Positions 1 to 9,837 are shown, numbered from the stretch's first letter. The stretch: DNA of 64,000 bases from Bryobacterales bacterium (GCA_965238045.1 CBDEGU010000011.1:640402-704401), one strand, 5' to 3'. Notes: generated by a model not told the origin, from the sequence alone. Made by a program: numbers and translations.

Positions 1-320
1 GGGAAGAGCCCGGCGAGGGGCTCGTTCTGATTAACCTGGAAATCCTCGAGGCCGACGGGAAGCAAGTCAGCGAGGAAGGCTGCCTGAGTATTCCCGGTTT
101 CCGCGAAGACGTCGAGCGGGCTCAGCGAATTTCCGTTCGCGCCTATGACGTGGAAGGGGAGCCGTTCGAGCTCGAGGTGGAGGACCTGCTGGCGCGCGTG
201 ATTCTCCACGAGAAGGATCATTTGGATGGCGTGTTGTTCCTGGACCACCTCAGTTCCCTGAAACGTCAACTGATCAAGCGCAAGATCCGCAAGTTGCGGC
301 GTCAGGGCGAGTGGGACTAG
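1..320 (+). CDS. def: Peptide deformylase, C-terminal part (5' end outside window)
   Basis: Frame-3 translation contains EGCLSIPG (motif 2) and HEKDHLDG (HExxH, motif 3). Stop TAG at 318-320. fmt starts 4 nt later, the canonical def-fmt pair. Confidence 0.9.
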   Translation, partial: EEPGEGLVLINLEILEADGKQVSEEGCLSIPGFREDVERAQRISVRAYDVEGEPFELEVEDLLARVILHEKDHLDGVLFLDHLSSLKRQLIKRKIRKLRRQGEWD

Positions 321-323
321 GCG

Positions 324-1259
324 ATGCGCGCGGTTTTCATGGGGACGCCGGCGTTTGCGGTGTCCTCGTTGCGGGCGCTGGCCGAGAGCGGTCACGAAAT
401 CGCCGCCGTGATTACACAACCCGATCGTCCGGCGGGGCGCGGGGCGACTTTGCGCCCGCCTGCGGTGAAGCGCGAGGCGCTGCAAAGAGGCCTTCCCGTA
501 TTTCAACCCTCGCGCGTGAAGGCGCCGGAAGTGCTGGAATATCTCACAGAGATCCACTTCGAGGTGATTGTCGTCGTCGCTTACGGTCAGATCATCCCTA
601 GAAGCATTATCGAGCTGCCGCCCCTGGGCTGTGTCAATGTGCATGCTTCGTTGCTGCCGAAATATCGAGGCGCGGCGCCGATCAACTGGGCCATCGCCAA
701 CGGCGAAGCACGCACGGGCGTGACCACGATGCTGATCGAGGAGCGTCTCGACGCCGGGGACATGCTGCGCAAGCGCGAGACAGAAATCGCACCAGACGAA
801 ACGGCCGTGTCGCTGGGGGAACGGCTAGCAGGGATCGGAGCCGAGCTTCTGGTCGAGACTCTCGCGGCGCTGCAAGCGGGCGGAGTGGTTGCGGAAAAGC
901 AAAACGAAGATGAGGCCAGCTATGCCCCCATCCTCAAACGCGCAGACGGCAGAGTCGACTGGAATCTGAGCGCCCCGCGAATTTTCGCCCGCATGCGGGG
1001 ATTTCAACCCTGGCCCGGCGCATTCACCTCCTTTCGCGGCAAGAGACTTCATATTCATCGGGCGCGGCCGACGGTCTCGGACTGCGGCAAACCGGGATGG
1101 CTGTTGGTTGGCGAGCAGAGTCCGAGCGTCGGTTGTGGAGAGGGAACCGCCTTGCAACTCGAGGAAGTGCAGCTTGAAGGCAAGAAGAAAGTTTCCGCGA
1201 GCGATTTCGTACGCGGCTATCACTTACACGAAGGCGAGATGCTAGGAGAAGCAGGGTGA
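324..1259 (+). CDS. fmt: Methionyl-tRNA formyltransferase
   Basis: 311-aa ORF. N-terminus MRAVFMGTPAFAV...ITQPDRPAGRG and HASLLPKYRGAAPI are classic Fmt motifs. Sits directly after def. Confidence 0.95.
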   Translation: MRAVFMGTPAFAVSSLRALAESGHEIAAVITQPDRPAGRGATLRPPAVKREALQRGLPVFQPSRVKAPEVLEYLTEIHFEVIVVVAYGQIIPRSIIELPPLGCVNVHASLLPKYRGAAPINWAIANGEARTGVTTMLIEERLDAGDMLRKRETEIAPDETAVSLGERLAGIGAELLVETLAALQAGGVVAEKQNEDEASYAPILKRADGRVDWNLSAPRIFARMRGFQPWPGAFTSFRGKRLHIHRARPTVSDCGKPGWLLVGEQSPSVGCGEGTALQLEEVQLEGKKKVSASDFVRGYHLHEGEMLGEAG

Positions 1260-2437
1260 CGAATCTGCCGCTGGGATACCGGTTTTCAGCCGTCTATGCC
1301 GGCATCCGAAAGAAACCGGAACTGGATCTGGCCCTGATGGTCTCCGAGCCGGAAGCCCAAGCGGCCGCCATGTTCACGCAAAATCAGGTGCGCGCCGCGC
1401 CGGTAGCGCTTTCCGAACAGCATCTGCGGCGGTCCGGCGGCAAGTGCCGGGCCGTGATCGTCAACGCCGGCAATGCTAATTGCGCGACGCCGACCATGCG
1501 TAAGGTGGCGCGGGCCACGGCGCGGGCGACGGCGAAATTACTGCGGACACCGGTGAACCGGATCCTGGTAGCCTCGACGGGCGTGATCGGCGAACCGCTG
1601 GATGAGAACCGTATTGTCGGGGCTCTGCCGAATTTGGGGAAACATCTTGCCCGCGCGGGTTTTGAGGATGCGGCGCGCGCCATCATGACAACGGATACGC
1701 GGCCGAAAATGGCACATGCCGAAGTCGCGACCAGCAAGGGCATCGTCCGGTTGGCGGGCATGACAAAGGGTGCCGGGATGATTCAGCCAAGGATGGCCAC
1801 CATGCTGGCGTTCTTGTTTACCGACGCGGTGATCGAAGCCAAGACACTGCGCGCCATGCTGCGGAAAGCTGTTGCGGGAAGCTTCAATCGAATCTCGGTG
1901 GATTCAGATACATCCACCAACGACACGGTCTTCTTGCTGGCGAACGGGACTTCGGGCATCAGCGTTTTCGGTCCGGACCGGTGTGCCTTTGAAGAGGCCC
2001 TGGGTCGCGTGACGCGGGAGCTTGCCGTCGCGATTGTGCGTGACGGCGAAGGAGCTCGAAAGCTCTTGACCATCGATGTCGAAGGCGGCCCGACAGACCA
2101 GGCCGCCCTTAGGCTGGCGCGTGCCATAGCGAACTCGCCGCTGGTGAAGACGGCTCTGGCGGGTGGGGATCCCAACTGGGGGCGCATTCTCTCGTCGGCC
2201 GGCGCCAGCGGCGTCCCGTTCGATCCCTCGAAAGTCGACGTCTACTTGAACGGCTACATGGTGTGCCGTGCCGGCATCCGGGCCGATTTCGAGGAAGCAG
2301 AAGTCGGAGCGACGATGGAGAAAGAAGAATCGGTGCTGCGCTTCCACATTCGGGGCCGGGGGCTGGGCAAGGCTCGCTTCTGGACCTGCGACATGACCGA
2401 GGACTACATCCGCATCAACGCGGAGTATCGTACCTAG
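1256..2437 (+). CDS. argJ: Bifunctional glutamate N-acetyltransferase / amino-acid acetyltransferase (ornithine acetyltransferase)
   Basis: 393-aa ORF with TTDT and the autoproteolytic-site context PRMATMLAFLFTDA, plus C-terminal CDMTEDYIRINAEYRT. Overlaps the fmt stop by 4 nt. Confidence 0.9.
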   Translation: MTNLPLGYRFSAVYAGIRKKPELDLALMVSEPEAQAAAMFTQNQVRAAPVALSEQHLRRSGGKCRAVIVNAGNANCATPTMRKVARATARATAKLLRTPVNRILVASTGVIGEPLDENRIVGALPNLGKHLARAGFEDAARAIMTTDTRPKMAHAEVATSKGIVRLAGMTKGAGMIQPRMATMLAFLFTDAVIEAKTLRAMLRKAVAGSFNRISVDSDTSTNDTVFLLANGTSGISVFGPDRCAFEEALGRVTRELAVAIVRDGEGARKLLTIDVEGGPTDQAALRLARAIANSPLVKTALAGGDPNWGRILSSAGASGVPFDPSKVDVYLNGYMVCRAGIRADFEEAEVGATMEKEESVLRFHIRGRGLGKARFWTCDMTEDYIRINAEYRT

Positions 2438-2558
2438 CCGATGCCGCTGGCTGGGCGAACCTGTTCGCTCGTAACCCGTTCTTGCATTGGGTAACCAGTC
2501 TCTTAGTGCAGCGAAATCCGCACTGACCAGGTAGACTGAACGACAAGGAGGAATCGCG

Positions 2559-2660
2559 ATGAAGAAACTTGTGCTTGCCTTCGCCACTTGCAGCATGCTG
2601 ATGGCCTCGCCGCCGGATGTACTGAAGACTTCAATTGGTGATAGATGGGTATTCACTTGA
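2559..2660 (+). pseudogene. 5' stub of a signal-peptide protein gene, truncated by the IS1595-family insertion
   Basis: Strong RBS AAGGAGG lies 7 nt upstream of the ATG at 2559. Encodes MKKLVLAFATCSMLMASPPDVLKTSIGD, then runs into the IS inverted repeat at 2644 and stops at 2658-2660 inside the IS. Confidence 0.6.
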
Positions 2661-3680
2661 CTCAGGTATTTTGAAATGGCCCCTACATGTTGTGGTTGTC
2701 CGTAGCGCGTGTTGCGGTGCCTCCGACCAGCGACTTGTAGGGCGCCGGTTGGACGGCGACGGCCTGCTGAACCAGGCGGTAGAAGAGCTTGCCTCGGCTT
2801 CTGGACTTGCGGCGGTTGAAGCGGAAGGTGAATTCGTCGAGGTAGTAGTCGAGATGCTCGTGGCTGACGGCTCCTTGATGCGTACCCAGTATCCAACGCT
2901 TCAGTAACGACACCACGCGATGCACGCGGGGGAGCAGTTGAGAGGCTCGTGCCGGTTGCCCGTCCAGGTAGCTCACCTCGTGGCGATAGCCGTCGCTTTC
3001 GAGTGGCTCGTATCCCAGCCAGCCGTCCGTGTGGACCACGCTGCCGGGTTCGACCGACTCGCCGACGAAGGCCATCAAGCTGTCCCCAGAGGCGTTCGGA
3101 ATCGTGCGCATCCGAACTCGTCCGATGCCGGCGCCATCTTCCTCGGCCGCTACTACAATCAGCGCTTTCGCGTCGGTTTGGCGGCCCCGCACGCCCTCCT
3201 CCAGGGCTCCTAAGTAAGTCTCGTCAACCTCAACGCGCCCGCTGAGGCGATCACGTCCGGGCCGCACCATAGCGCGCCGAAGCTTGTGCAACCAAGTCCA
3301 GGCCGTCTTGTAGCTGCCCAGGCCCAACACCCGCTGCAATCCCAATGCACTCGCCCCGTTCTTCTGGCTGGTGAGCCACCACATTGCTCGAAACCAACTC
3401 TGGAGCGGCTTGCGGGTGTCTTGAAAGATTGTGCCTGCTGTCGCCGAAGCTTGATGCCCGCAGCTTGCACACTGCAGCAGCACCGTGCGCACCGCCCAGG
3501 TTTTGTCATGCCCGCATCGCGGACAACGAAAACCCTCCGGCCAGCGGAGTTGACACAGATACTCCCGACAGGCCTGCTCGCTAGCGAAACGCGCCTCGAA
3601 CTCGGCCAAATTCCGGGGATAATCTTCCATCGCCCAAGATCCTACATCTTGGGGTCACCTGAGTCAAGTAAATACCCATC
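2644..3680 (-). mobile_element. IS1595-family insertion sequence, copy 1 (1037 bp, intact transposase, no target-site duplication)
   Basis: Terminal inverted repeats GATGGGTATTCACTTGACTCAGGT (2644-2667) and ACCTGAGTCAAGTAAATACCCATC (3657-3680). Nearly identical to the copy at 56446. The flanking 8-mers differ (tggtgata vs tacgtgga). Confidence 0.9.
2683..3630 (-). CDS. IS1595-family (ISXO2-like) DDE transposase with N-terminal zinc ribbon
   Basis: 315-aa ORF. Has CPRCGH...CASCGH zinc-ribbon pairs, then a DDE-type body (VEVDETYLG, HTDGW, FRFNRR). Differs by one residue from ORF 56496..57443. Confidence 0.9.
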   Translation of the reverse strand: MEDYPRNLAEFEARFASEQACREYLCQLRWPEGFRCPRCGHDKTWAVRTVLLQCASCGHQASATAGTIFQDTRKPLQSWFRAMWWLTSQKNGASALGLQRVLGLGSYKTAWTWLHKLRRAMVRPGRDRLSGRVEVDETYLGALEEGVRGRQTDAKALIVVAAEEDGAGIGRVRMRTIPNASGDSLMAFVGESVEPGSVVHTDGWLGYEPLESDGYRHEVSYLDGQPARASQLLPRVHRVVSLLKRWILGTHQGAVSHEHLDYYLDEFTFRFNRRKSRSRGKLFYRLVQQAVAVQPAPYKSLVGGTATRATDNHNM

Positions 3681-5894
3681 TACGTGGATTGCCACTCCGT
3701 ATTGGTTCTGAAACTCGGTCTTCGTGTAGTCGTCGTAGAAAGTCATTCCGAACGCATTGGGAAAATACCACCATTGCACTTCACCGAACTGCAGATAGGG
3801 AGTGACCAGAGCCTCATCCTGTAACTGAGCCATCTCCAGATATACTTGCTTCCAGAAGTATAGACTGGCTGTTGAGAAGTTCGTTTGTGTCGAAGGAGTG
3901 TTCAGCAGAACCGGTGTGCCATCGGGATAACGTTGCGCAAGGCCCGCCGTGGCCGATGTATCACCATGAGAGAGTTCCATACTGAATGAGGCGGTTACCT
4001 CGATAGAACGGTTCTTGAGTTCCTTGAAATAGCTGCGGTGCCAGTCCCGGGCGGCCCGGTTAAGTCTGGGCAGGGCCGCCGTATCGGTCAGCCACGAACC
4101 ATCAACGCCACCCGAAAAGGTCGCCTCGGACACCACGGCCTGAAAAGCACCCGACGTGGGGGACGCCGAAGGAGTAATGCTGTTTCCCGCCGTGCCCAAT
4201 AGACGAGCGTAAATCGTCAATACGTTGCCAGAGACAGACGCCCAGACGCCCGTCGAACCATCATTAATGAGGTATCGAAATGCTGTCGCGATACTGTCGT
4301 TTGAGTCTGTGCTAAGCGTGAGGCGGTCAAAGGTTGTGCCGTCGACAATGACTTGAACGTTTTGACTGAATACGGGAGCCCCTTGGAAAGTGACCGTACC
4401 TTGCGCGTATTGATTATCAGAGTTTGCCAGCTCGTAAAAAACAATAGCGCCGACAAAATGATTGGTGCGGCCTCGGAAACCGAGCATGTCCAAATTCCAA
4501 GCAACCCGTTCTGGTGCAAGCGCCAACGAGTGATCCGTGTCCCAGTCCGTGGCCAGTGTTTCCCTCGGTCGGGTCGGCTGGCTATCCACAGTCGGTGACT
4601 CAATGGCCTCTTCGAGGAAATCCAGATAGAATGCACTGCCGGATGAAGATGCGTTGGCGCCGGCGAGTGTCGCCACGACGGTATGGGCTCCGGGCCCAAA
4701 CACACCCAAGTCAAGGCGGCTCAGTACATCTTCCGAGGGGAGGTAGAGATCGAAAACTTGCGCCGTTTGACTATCTACGGAAACGGAAACGATTCCTGCG
4801 TTGAAAGTCCGCCGTGTGCCAAGAAGAAGCCGGTGATTGACTTGTGAAGTATAGGTAAGGGACGCCTGGTCGTTAAGGGTGCTCGTCAGGTCGATGGAGC
4901 CGTCGAAAAAGTTTCCGGAGTTGTTGCTCCACGTCCCGACGAGAGTGATCTCGTCGGAGCCCTGAAACCGCCTACTGCGCGGGGAGACCGCTGAATAGGG
5001 ACGGTTTGTACCGGTGACGGTCCAGTCCGTGATTTCGACGTCGAACTCGCTGCGATCGTAGGCTCCAGTCTGGAGAGCGGCTGCGTAGGTCCACCGCATC
5101 TTCCGAATGTTCTGGGTGGGTATCGACGCTCCTCCGATATCTTGTATGGTCGTGAAGTCAACGTCGACTTGCCACTGCGTGGGAGATGCGCCTCCACTCA
5201 TCGTTTGGTCGGGAGGCCACCAACTTTCTGTTTGGAATCCGCTAACAGTCCCTACCATGCCGAGCCGGTTCCCTTCTTCTCCCGGCTGAAGATTCGTCAG
5301 CGTAATAGTGCTCGCCACGGCGGAGTGGGTCGCCGACACCGTGGCCGAGAACGCATTGATGTTTAGTGCGAGGTCGGCCAACACGTCTCCCGCCGTGTCG
5401 CCCGTAGTCACCGTATGAAAATAGTGCTCATCGAGCCAGGACAGTTCCACGACGTCGCCGGCCGTGAGGGTGCCTTGGAGCGCGAAGGTCGCTTGAGCCG
5501 CCACGAATGTCCCGTCGCTCGCTGTAGCATGATCGGAGAGCCGAACAAGATGGAGTGTTTCGGTCCCCGTTGTATCTGCGGCCCAGATACGAAGATAAGG
5601 CCAGTCCACGGTTGGGAACAGTGTGGAATCCATCAAGATGCAGTTTGTTCGTCGTTCCTTGTAACTAAGCGTCAGCCCGCTCAGATCGCCGTCCGGAAGG
5701 TTGCGCAAGAGAGGATGCTCGTATATGTTGTCTCGGTTCCACTCGATAACAACCCAATCAAACTGCTGCCTCCACACACCCGAGACACTGAAGCCGGAAG
5801 GCGAAGCGCCACTCAATGCCGCGGCCGCCGAGGGCCGGAAGAAGAAACATTGCAAGTCTCGATCCGGTCTCAGTTTTTGAAGCGCTTCAGACAC
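3642..5894 (-). CDS. Phage tail fibre / receptor-binding-like protein, native 3' end lost (last 12 codons are IS read-through)
   Basis: 750-aa ORF whose start overlaps the stop of the upstream tail-tip gene by 8 nt. Native sequence ends at 3681. The tail DGYLLDSGDPKM is encoded by the IS inverted repeat, and the same tail is seen on ORF 56137..56484. GC is visibly lower than in neighbouring genes. No recognisable catalytic motif. Confidence 0.5.
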   Translation of the reverse strand: MSEALQKLRPDRDLQCFFFRPSAAAALSGASPSGFSVSGVWRQQFDWVVIEWNRDNIYEHPLLRNLPDGDLSGLTLSYKERRTNCILMDSTLFPTVDWPYLRIWAADTTGTETLHLVRLSDHATASDGTFVAAQATFALQGTLTAGDVVELSWLDEHYFHTVTTGDTAGDVLADLALNINAFSATVSATHSAVASTITLTNLQPGEEGNRLGMVGTVSGFQTESWWPPDQTMSGGASPTQWQVDVDFTTIQDIGGASIPTQNIRKMRWTYAAALQTGAYDRSEFDVEITDWTVTGTNRPYSAVSPRSRRFQGSDEITLVGTWSNNSGNFFDGSIDLTSTLNDQASLTYTSQVNHRLLLGTRRTFNAGIVSVSVDSQTAQVFDLYLPSEDVLSRLDLGVFGPGAHTVVATLAGANASSSGSAFYLDFLEEAIESPTVDSQPTRPRETLATDWDTDHSLALAPERVAWNLDMLGFRGRTNHFVGAIVFYELANSDNQYAQGTVTFQGAPVFSQNVQVIVDGTTFDRLTLSTDSNDSIATAFRYLINDGSTGVWASVSGNVLTIYARLLGTAGNSITPSASPTSGAFQAVVSEATFSGGVDGSWLTDTAALPRLNRAARDWHRSYFKELKNRSIEVTASFSMELSHGDTSATAGLAQRYPDGTPVLLNTPSTQTNFSTASLYFWKQVYLEMAQLQDEALVTPYLQFGEVQWWYFPNAFGMTFYDDYTKTEFQNQYGVAIHVDGYLLDSGDPKM

Positions 5895-8800
5895 GGATCG
5901 TTACCGTTAAGTCGCGGCCCGGAAAACTAGTGCCGACAGCAACGATTTCTAAAGTTAGGTCAGACAGCGCTTGTAGAACCGGCAGTTCTGCCCCATTCAC
6001 GGCGGTGCTGAAAGTTTGTCCATCAAGGATCGAGAGTGTGGTTATTTCCATTCCGCTCTGGTAGACCCGCAACTGAAGGTCCGCTCCCAGCGGCGCGGAC
6101 TTCACTGTCGCGTAGACATCCCGCAGCGAAACAGTTTCTTGCACTGAAACCGAAGGTACGGCGTCTACGATGACGGCCAGCAGCCCCTCGACCTGGAAGT
6201 TAAACTGTCCGCCGTTCAGTGTACGTAGGCCGCCGTCTGGAAGCAGAGAATAGTTGTTCGTTGCAACCGGGCTCTGGCCGAACACATTGGTTACCCACAA
6301 CTCGGCGCACGCAAGACGAATTCCCGAAATGTTCTCGCGATGGAACCAGTCTCCGCTCGCTGGCGTTCCGAAGAACGAAGGTTCGAACGGAACGACTAGA
6401 GTCCGTTCTTGAAGATGGTGGACCGGCGTGTTGACGAGGTGCGTTTGTGCCGTACTCTCGCAGAGCGCCCGGTCGATTACGTACTGCGTGCTGGACGAGA
6501 GCACCTGAGTCACCCGCATGATTTCACCGGCCAGCTGAATCAGATCGCCGGGCTGAGCCGACCCGGCGGTATCAAGAGTCAGGCTCGTATCCGTGTCGGA
6601 GATTCCAGCGGCGAGCAACGTCGCGCTTGGCCCAGACAGTTCATCGCGATAGTAGAGGCGAAACGTACCCGAGCTGATACTCTGTGTATTTTCGAGGGTG
6701 GAGAACCCGACGCCGCTAAGCTCAATGAATCCGTCACCGTAGACGCCTATCGCGAACGCAGGCTCGGGAGGCGCCGTTTGATCGGCAACGCCCAAGCCTC
6801 CTCCCCCGATCTGCCATCGTGTAACCAGCGCCAATCCTTCCAGTGATTCGACATTGTGAGCATTGGCCGATCGTCCCGAGAGCTGTACCACCTCGCCGGC
6901 CCGATTGGGAATCTGAAATCGTGCCGGGCTGCTCCGTGCCCTTCCACCGAAATGCCATGTCGTTTCCGAAACGACAAACACCGTGCTTTCATCCGGCTCG
7001 ACTTGCCAGTCCGATGAAACAAACACGGAAGTCGCCGAGTTGCTCATGATAGTTCGCTCCTGCCCGGCTCCCTTACCTCTCAAGAGTCTGACAGTGTGTC
7101 CCACAAAGGCATCCACGGTCATGCTGAGCAAACTCGAACCAACCGAGTTCGGTCCAAATTCGCTGGCAAAGAACTCATCGGTATCCTCAAGACGCCAGTA
7201 GAAATTGGCATGATCATACCGAGGATCAGGTGCCCCGTTCAAAGCCGCCGCGAGCCCACTATCGGTGAACGCTGCTGCGATTGCTTGCCCCGACGCAATC
7301 TGGAACAAATGGGACGGAGTGGTTCCGCGATAGACACTGAAGCTGGTCGTGCCACTGCTGAAGCTGAGGCCGGTGAGCTGGACACTGTTCGTTGAAGAGC
7401 CCGCGGGAATCGTCGCGCGTACGACGAATGAAGGATTGCCTTCCAATCCGTCGCTGTCCGTTCCCGTAACGACGTAGTAGAATGTTTGTCCCCCGTCCAG
7501 GGTGCCGCCGGTCGCGGAAATCGTCGGCTGCAGACTTACATGGGGAACCCCTGCGACAAGCGATCGTCCCAATTGAGGTGGCCGGAAATTGACTTCCACT
7601 TCCGTAAGAATCGTTCCGTCCGTGCCGGCGGTTTCATACTCGACAACACGGAACTGCTCATCACCGAATTCGTCCAGTTCGTCGCCATAGAGTGGGTCCG
7701 GGAGTCGCGGCGCCGATTCCGGCTGACGCCGAGTTTCTGGAATCAACGAAAGCTGCCCGTTTGTATCGTTGTACCAAGCGTCATCGTGAATCTGTGCCGT
7801 GATGCGGACACTTCGATAGTTAGTGGAAGGTGCGATCTTTAGAATCCGAAATGGCTGGTCGACAAGCCCGTCCTTCAGGTAGGTGACGGTGATGATGTCA
7901 CCAACCCGCTGCCCAGCGGCCTTTACACTCGTTTCAAACTCGATGTATCGATTTCCATGGACCGATTTGTCCAGATGGAACTTGAGTATGCGCGCCGCTT
8001 GGTCGAACGTCGGCAGGCCGTCGACAATCAGGCGCCCGGTGATTTCTTGACCAGCCTTCGCGATATCATCAACGTCCAGAATCGCCAGACTGTCCTGCTG
8101 GTATTCATTAAATTCGTCCGCGAACTCGATGAAGAAGTGATTGGGCGTGTCTACTGTAGGACGGTGCCATAGCCGCACCGATGAGGAACCGTCCTCGCGC
8201 CGCAGGATACCGGACGAGAGGGTGGACACCGATCCATCGGTATAGTTGTAAGCTGGCCAGCCGCCGTTGACCAGTGCTGGGGCATTGGATTCCGGAGGCT
8301 TGACCGGCTGTTGCAGAGCCAGGCTATTCTCCACGTTTACGGCAATCTTGCCGTCAGAGAGGTAGGTCAACTGGAGCCGGGCGCAGTTGCGAACACCTCG
8401 AATCACTTCCGCGGCGGTTTTTCTTGACCGGATGACGAAATTGCCGCGAAAGGGTTTCACGGAGATCGCGTTACCCTGATTGTCCATCGATGCAATTGTT
8501 TCGTCGCAAATAGCGGCCGCGCCGGCGAAGCTCGGGAGAGCGATATCATCCAACTTCCACCCACTGCGGCGGAGGACGTCGAGCAGAATCCAAGCCGGAT
8601 TATTGGACAACTGGACACCCTGCGACGTCCCTCCTGCGTCGAAGGTCTCAATCTGGAGTCCGTCAATAAGAACCTTAACGCGAGGCAGAACCTTTCCGTC
8701 ATTGATCTGATTCGGAACAACGATAGATACTGCGGCCATGCTGCCGTATGGATCGCCTTGAGGCGTTCCACCCTGGCTCACAAAGTTCAGGTTGAAACCT

Positions 8801-9837
8801 CCCGTGCGATCCCCATCAGCAAATAGGTTCCACCAGCCTGTTCGCGTCATGTCCTGCCCGTTGATCCCCAAGGGAATCTCGAGGTTGTTGACGAGAACTT
8901 TTACGACTTGGCTGATTTTCCCCAGACAGACCAAGACTTCCATCCTTGTAAGATTGCCGTCGTTCCGTGCAAAAACAACCGGCGGTTCGGTCCATGCGGT
9001 TCCGTACACCATTGGAACGAAGTCGTTGTAGCGGGCTTCGTTGGAAATTCCTTGGGAGCTATGACGGCCCTTTTCCCCATGGCTGCGAACTTGAATCGCG
9101 GGAGGAACAAACTCAATGCCGCCAAACCTTCTCGTGACGTTGGCTAGGTCGTCCTGGTCGAACATGCCGCGTGCGACGCATGCGGCCCGGGTAAAATCAC
9201 AACTTGTGAACGGTACACCGCTGTTAAGGTTTCCCCTGCCACCGGTCTGATCGGCTGAATACCCGCAGCGGTAAAAGCGGGAGTGGATGCCTTCCGTGGC
9301 GCCCGCAACAGCCTCCAGACGTTCTTGGACGTTTCTAGGAAAGCTCCAAGGGCATCTCCGCTGAATTCGAACCGGAGGAAACAGCACGCGCTGCATACTC
9401 ATGCGGTTGATGGCAGAGAGTCTTATCGTAGCCTCTGAAATCTCATCTGGAGGATTCAGAAGTCCCTGCAATACGACCATCTTCTCACTGGCAGCCAGAT
9501 CCTGGACGAGGTCGTAAAACAAGAACGTCGCCGTGATCCGAGCACCCTTAAATCCAACGGACGACTCGATTTGTGAAAGTAAGGAGTCCGCGTTCGCAGC
9601 GGTGAAGGCAATTTTCGGTATGGCGTCGATCCCGTGATCGCTAGCCATTTGCATCTCAAACAGATTGTGGTGTAGCACGCGGGCGCTGTACGCTTGCCCA
9701 TCTAGGTCGCCGTGTCTTCCGCCAGTCACCCTGTGCGTGCACCAGCGATGGACCTCTCCGTCGGAGAGCAGCACCTCTAAGAGGATGAGAGGTGTTTCCG
9801 TCACCGCCTGTTCTTTTAGATTTGCGATGGTGTCCAT
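5887..9837 (-). CDS. Phage tail-tip / host-specificity protein (lambda gpL/DUF2163-like N-terminus fused to a gpJ-like body with an FN3-like segment)
   Basis: 1316-aa ORF. The N-terminal 250 aa resemble minor tail protein L / BR0599-type proteins (PLILLEVLLSDGEVHRWCTH; Cys cluster RCPWSF...FYRCGYS...FTSCDFTRAACVARGMF...RRFGGIEFVP). The long C-terminal body has an FN3-like repeat (QTFYYVVTGTDSDGLEGNPS...). Size matches GTA g15 / lambda J proteins. Confidence 0.6.
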   Translation of the reverse strand: MDTIANLKEQAVTETPLILLEVLLSDGEVHRWCTHRVTGGRHGDLDGQAYSARVLHHNLFEMQMASDHGIDAIPKIAFTAANADSLLSQIESSVGFKGARITATFLFYDLVQDLAASEKMVVLQGLLNPPDEISEATIRLSAINRMSMQRVLFPPVRIQRRCPWSFPRNVQERLEAVAGATEGIHSRFYRCGYSADQTGGRGNLNSGVPFTSCDFTRAACVARGMFDQDDLANVTRRFGGIEFVPPAIQVRSHGEKGRHSSQGISNEARYNDFVPMVYGTAWTEPPVVFARNDGNLTRMEVLVCLGKISQVVKVLVNNLEIPLGINGQDMTRTGWWNLFADGDRTGGFNLNFVSQGGTPQGDPYGSMAAVSIVVPNQINDGKVLPRVKVLIDGLQIETFDAGGTSQGVQLSNNPAWILLDVLRRSGWKLDDIALPSFAGAAAICDETIASMDNQGNAISVKPFRGNFVIRSRKTAAEVIRGVRNCARLQLTYLSDGKIAVNVENSLALQQPVKPPESNAPALVNGGWPAYNYTDGSVSTLSSGILRREDGSSSVRLWHRPTVDTPNHFFIEFADEFNEYQQDSLAILDVDDIAKAGQEITGRLIVDGLPTFDQAARILKFHLDKSVHGNRYIEFETSVKAAGQRVGDIITVTYLKDGLVDQPFRILKIAPSTNYRSVRITAQIHDDAWYNDTNGQLSLIPETRRQPESAPRLPDPLYGDELDEFGDEQFRVVEYETAGTDGTILTEVEVNFRPPQLGRSLVAGVPHVSLQPTISATGGTLDGGQTFYYVVTGTDSDGLEGNPSFVVRATIPAGSSTNSVQLTGLSFSSGTTSFSVYRGTTPSHLFQIASGQAIAAAFTDSGLAAALNGAPDPRYDHANFYWRLEDTDEFFASEFGPNSVGSSLLSMTVDAFVGHTVRLLRGKGAGQERTIMSNSATSVFVSSDWQVEPDESTVFVVSETTWHFGGRARSSPARFQIPNRAGEVVQLSGRSANAHNVESLEGLALVTRWQIGGGGLGVADQTAPPEPAFAIGVYGDGFIELSGVGFSTLENTQSISSGTFRLYYRDELSGPSATLLAAGISDTDTSLTLDTAGSAQPGDLIQLAGEIMRVTQVLSSSTQYVIDRALCESTAQTHLVNTPVHHLQERTLVVPFEPSFFGTPASGDWFHRENISGIRLACAELWVTNVFGQSPVATNNYSLLPDGGLRTLNGGQFNFQVEGLLAVIVDAVPSVSVQETVSLRDVYATVKSAPLGADLQLRVYQSGMEITTLSILDGQTFSTAVNGAELPVLQALSDLTLEIVAVGTSFPGRDLTVTIRV

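Noticed and set aside
2631-2643. Shared CAATTG next to IS1595 copy 1 (caattggtgata) and in the TSD of copy 2 (tacaattg), as evidence that the two copies exchanged flanks
   Set aside because: Only a 6-nt palindrome is shared and it is offset by 6 nt from the IS end in copy 1. Copy 2 has its own perfect TSD, so no exchange is needed to explain it.
1904-2896. Long antisense or out-of-frame track ORFs inside well-supported genes (e.g. 1904..2896, 19135..20310, 30978..32972, 42268..43926, 15120..16202, 57617..58261)
   Set aside because: These are typical shadow ORFs of GC-rich DNA. They overlap genes with strong family motifs, their translations are Arg/Gly/Pro/Ala-rich, and they have no recognisable domains.
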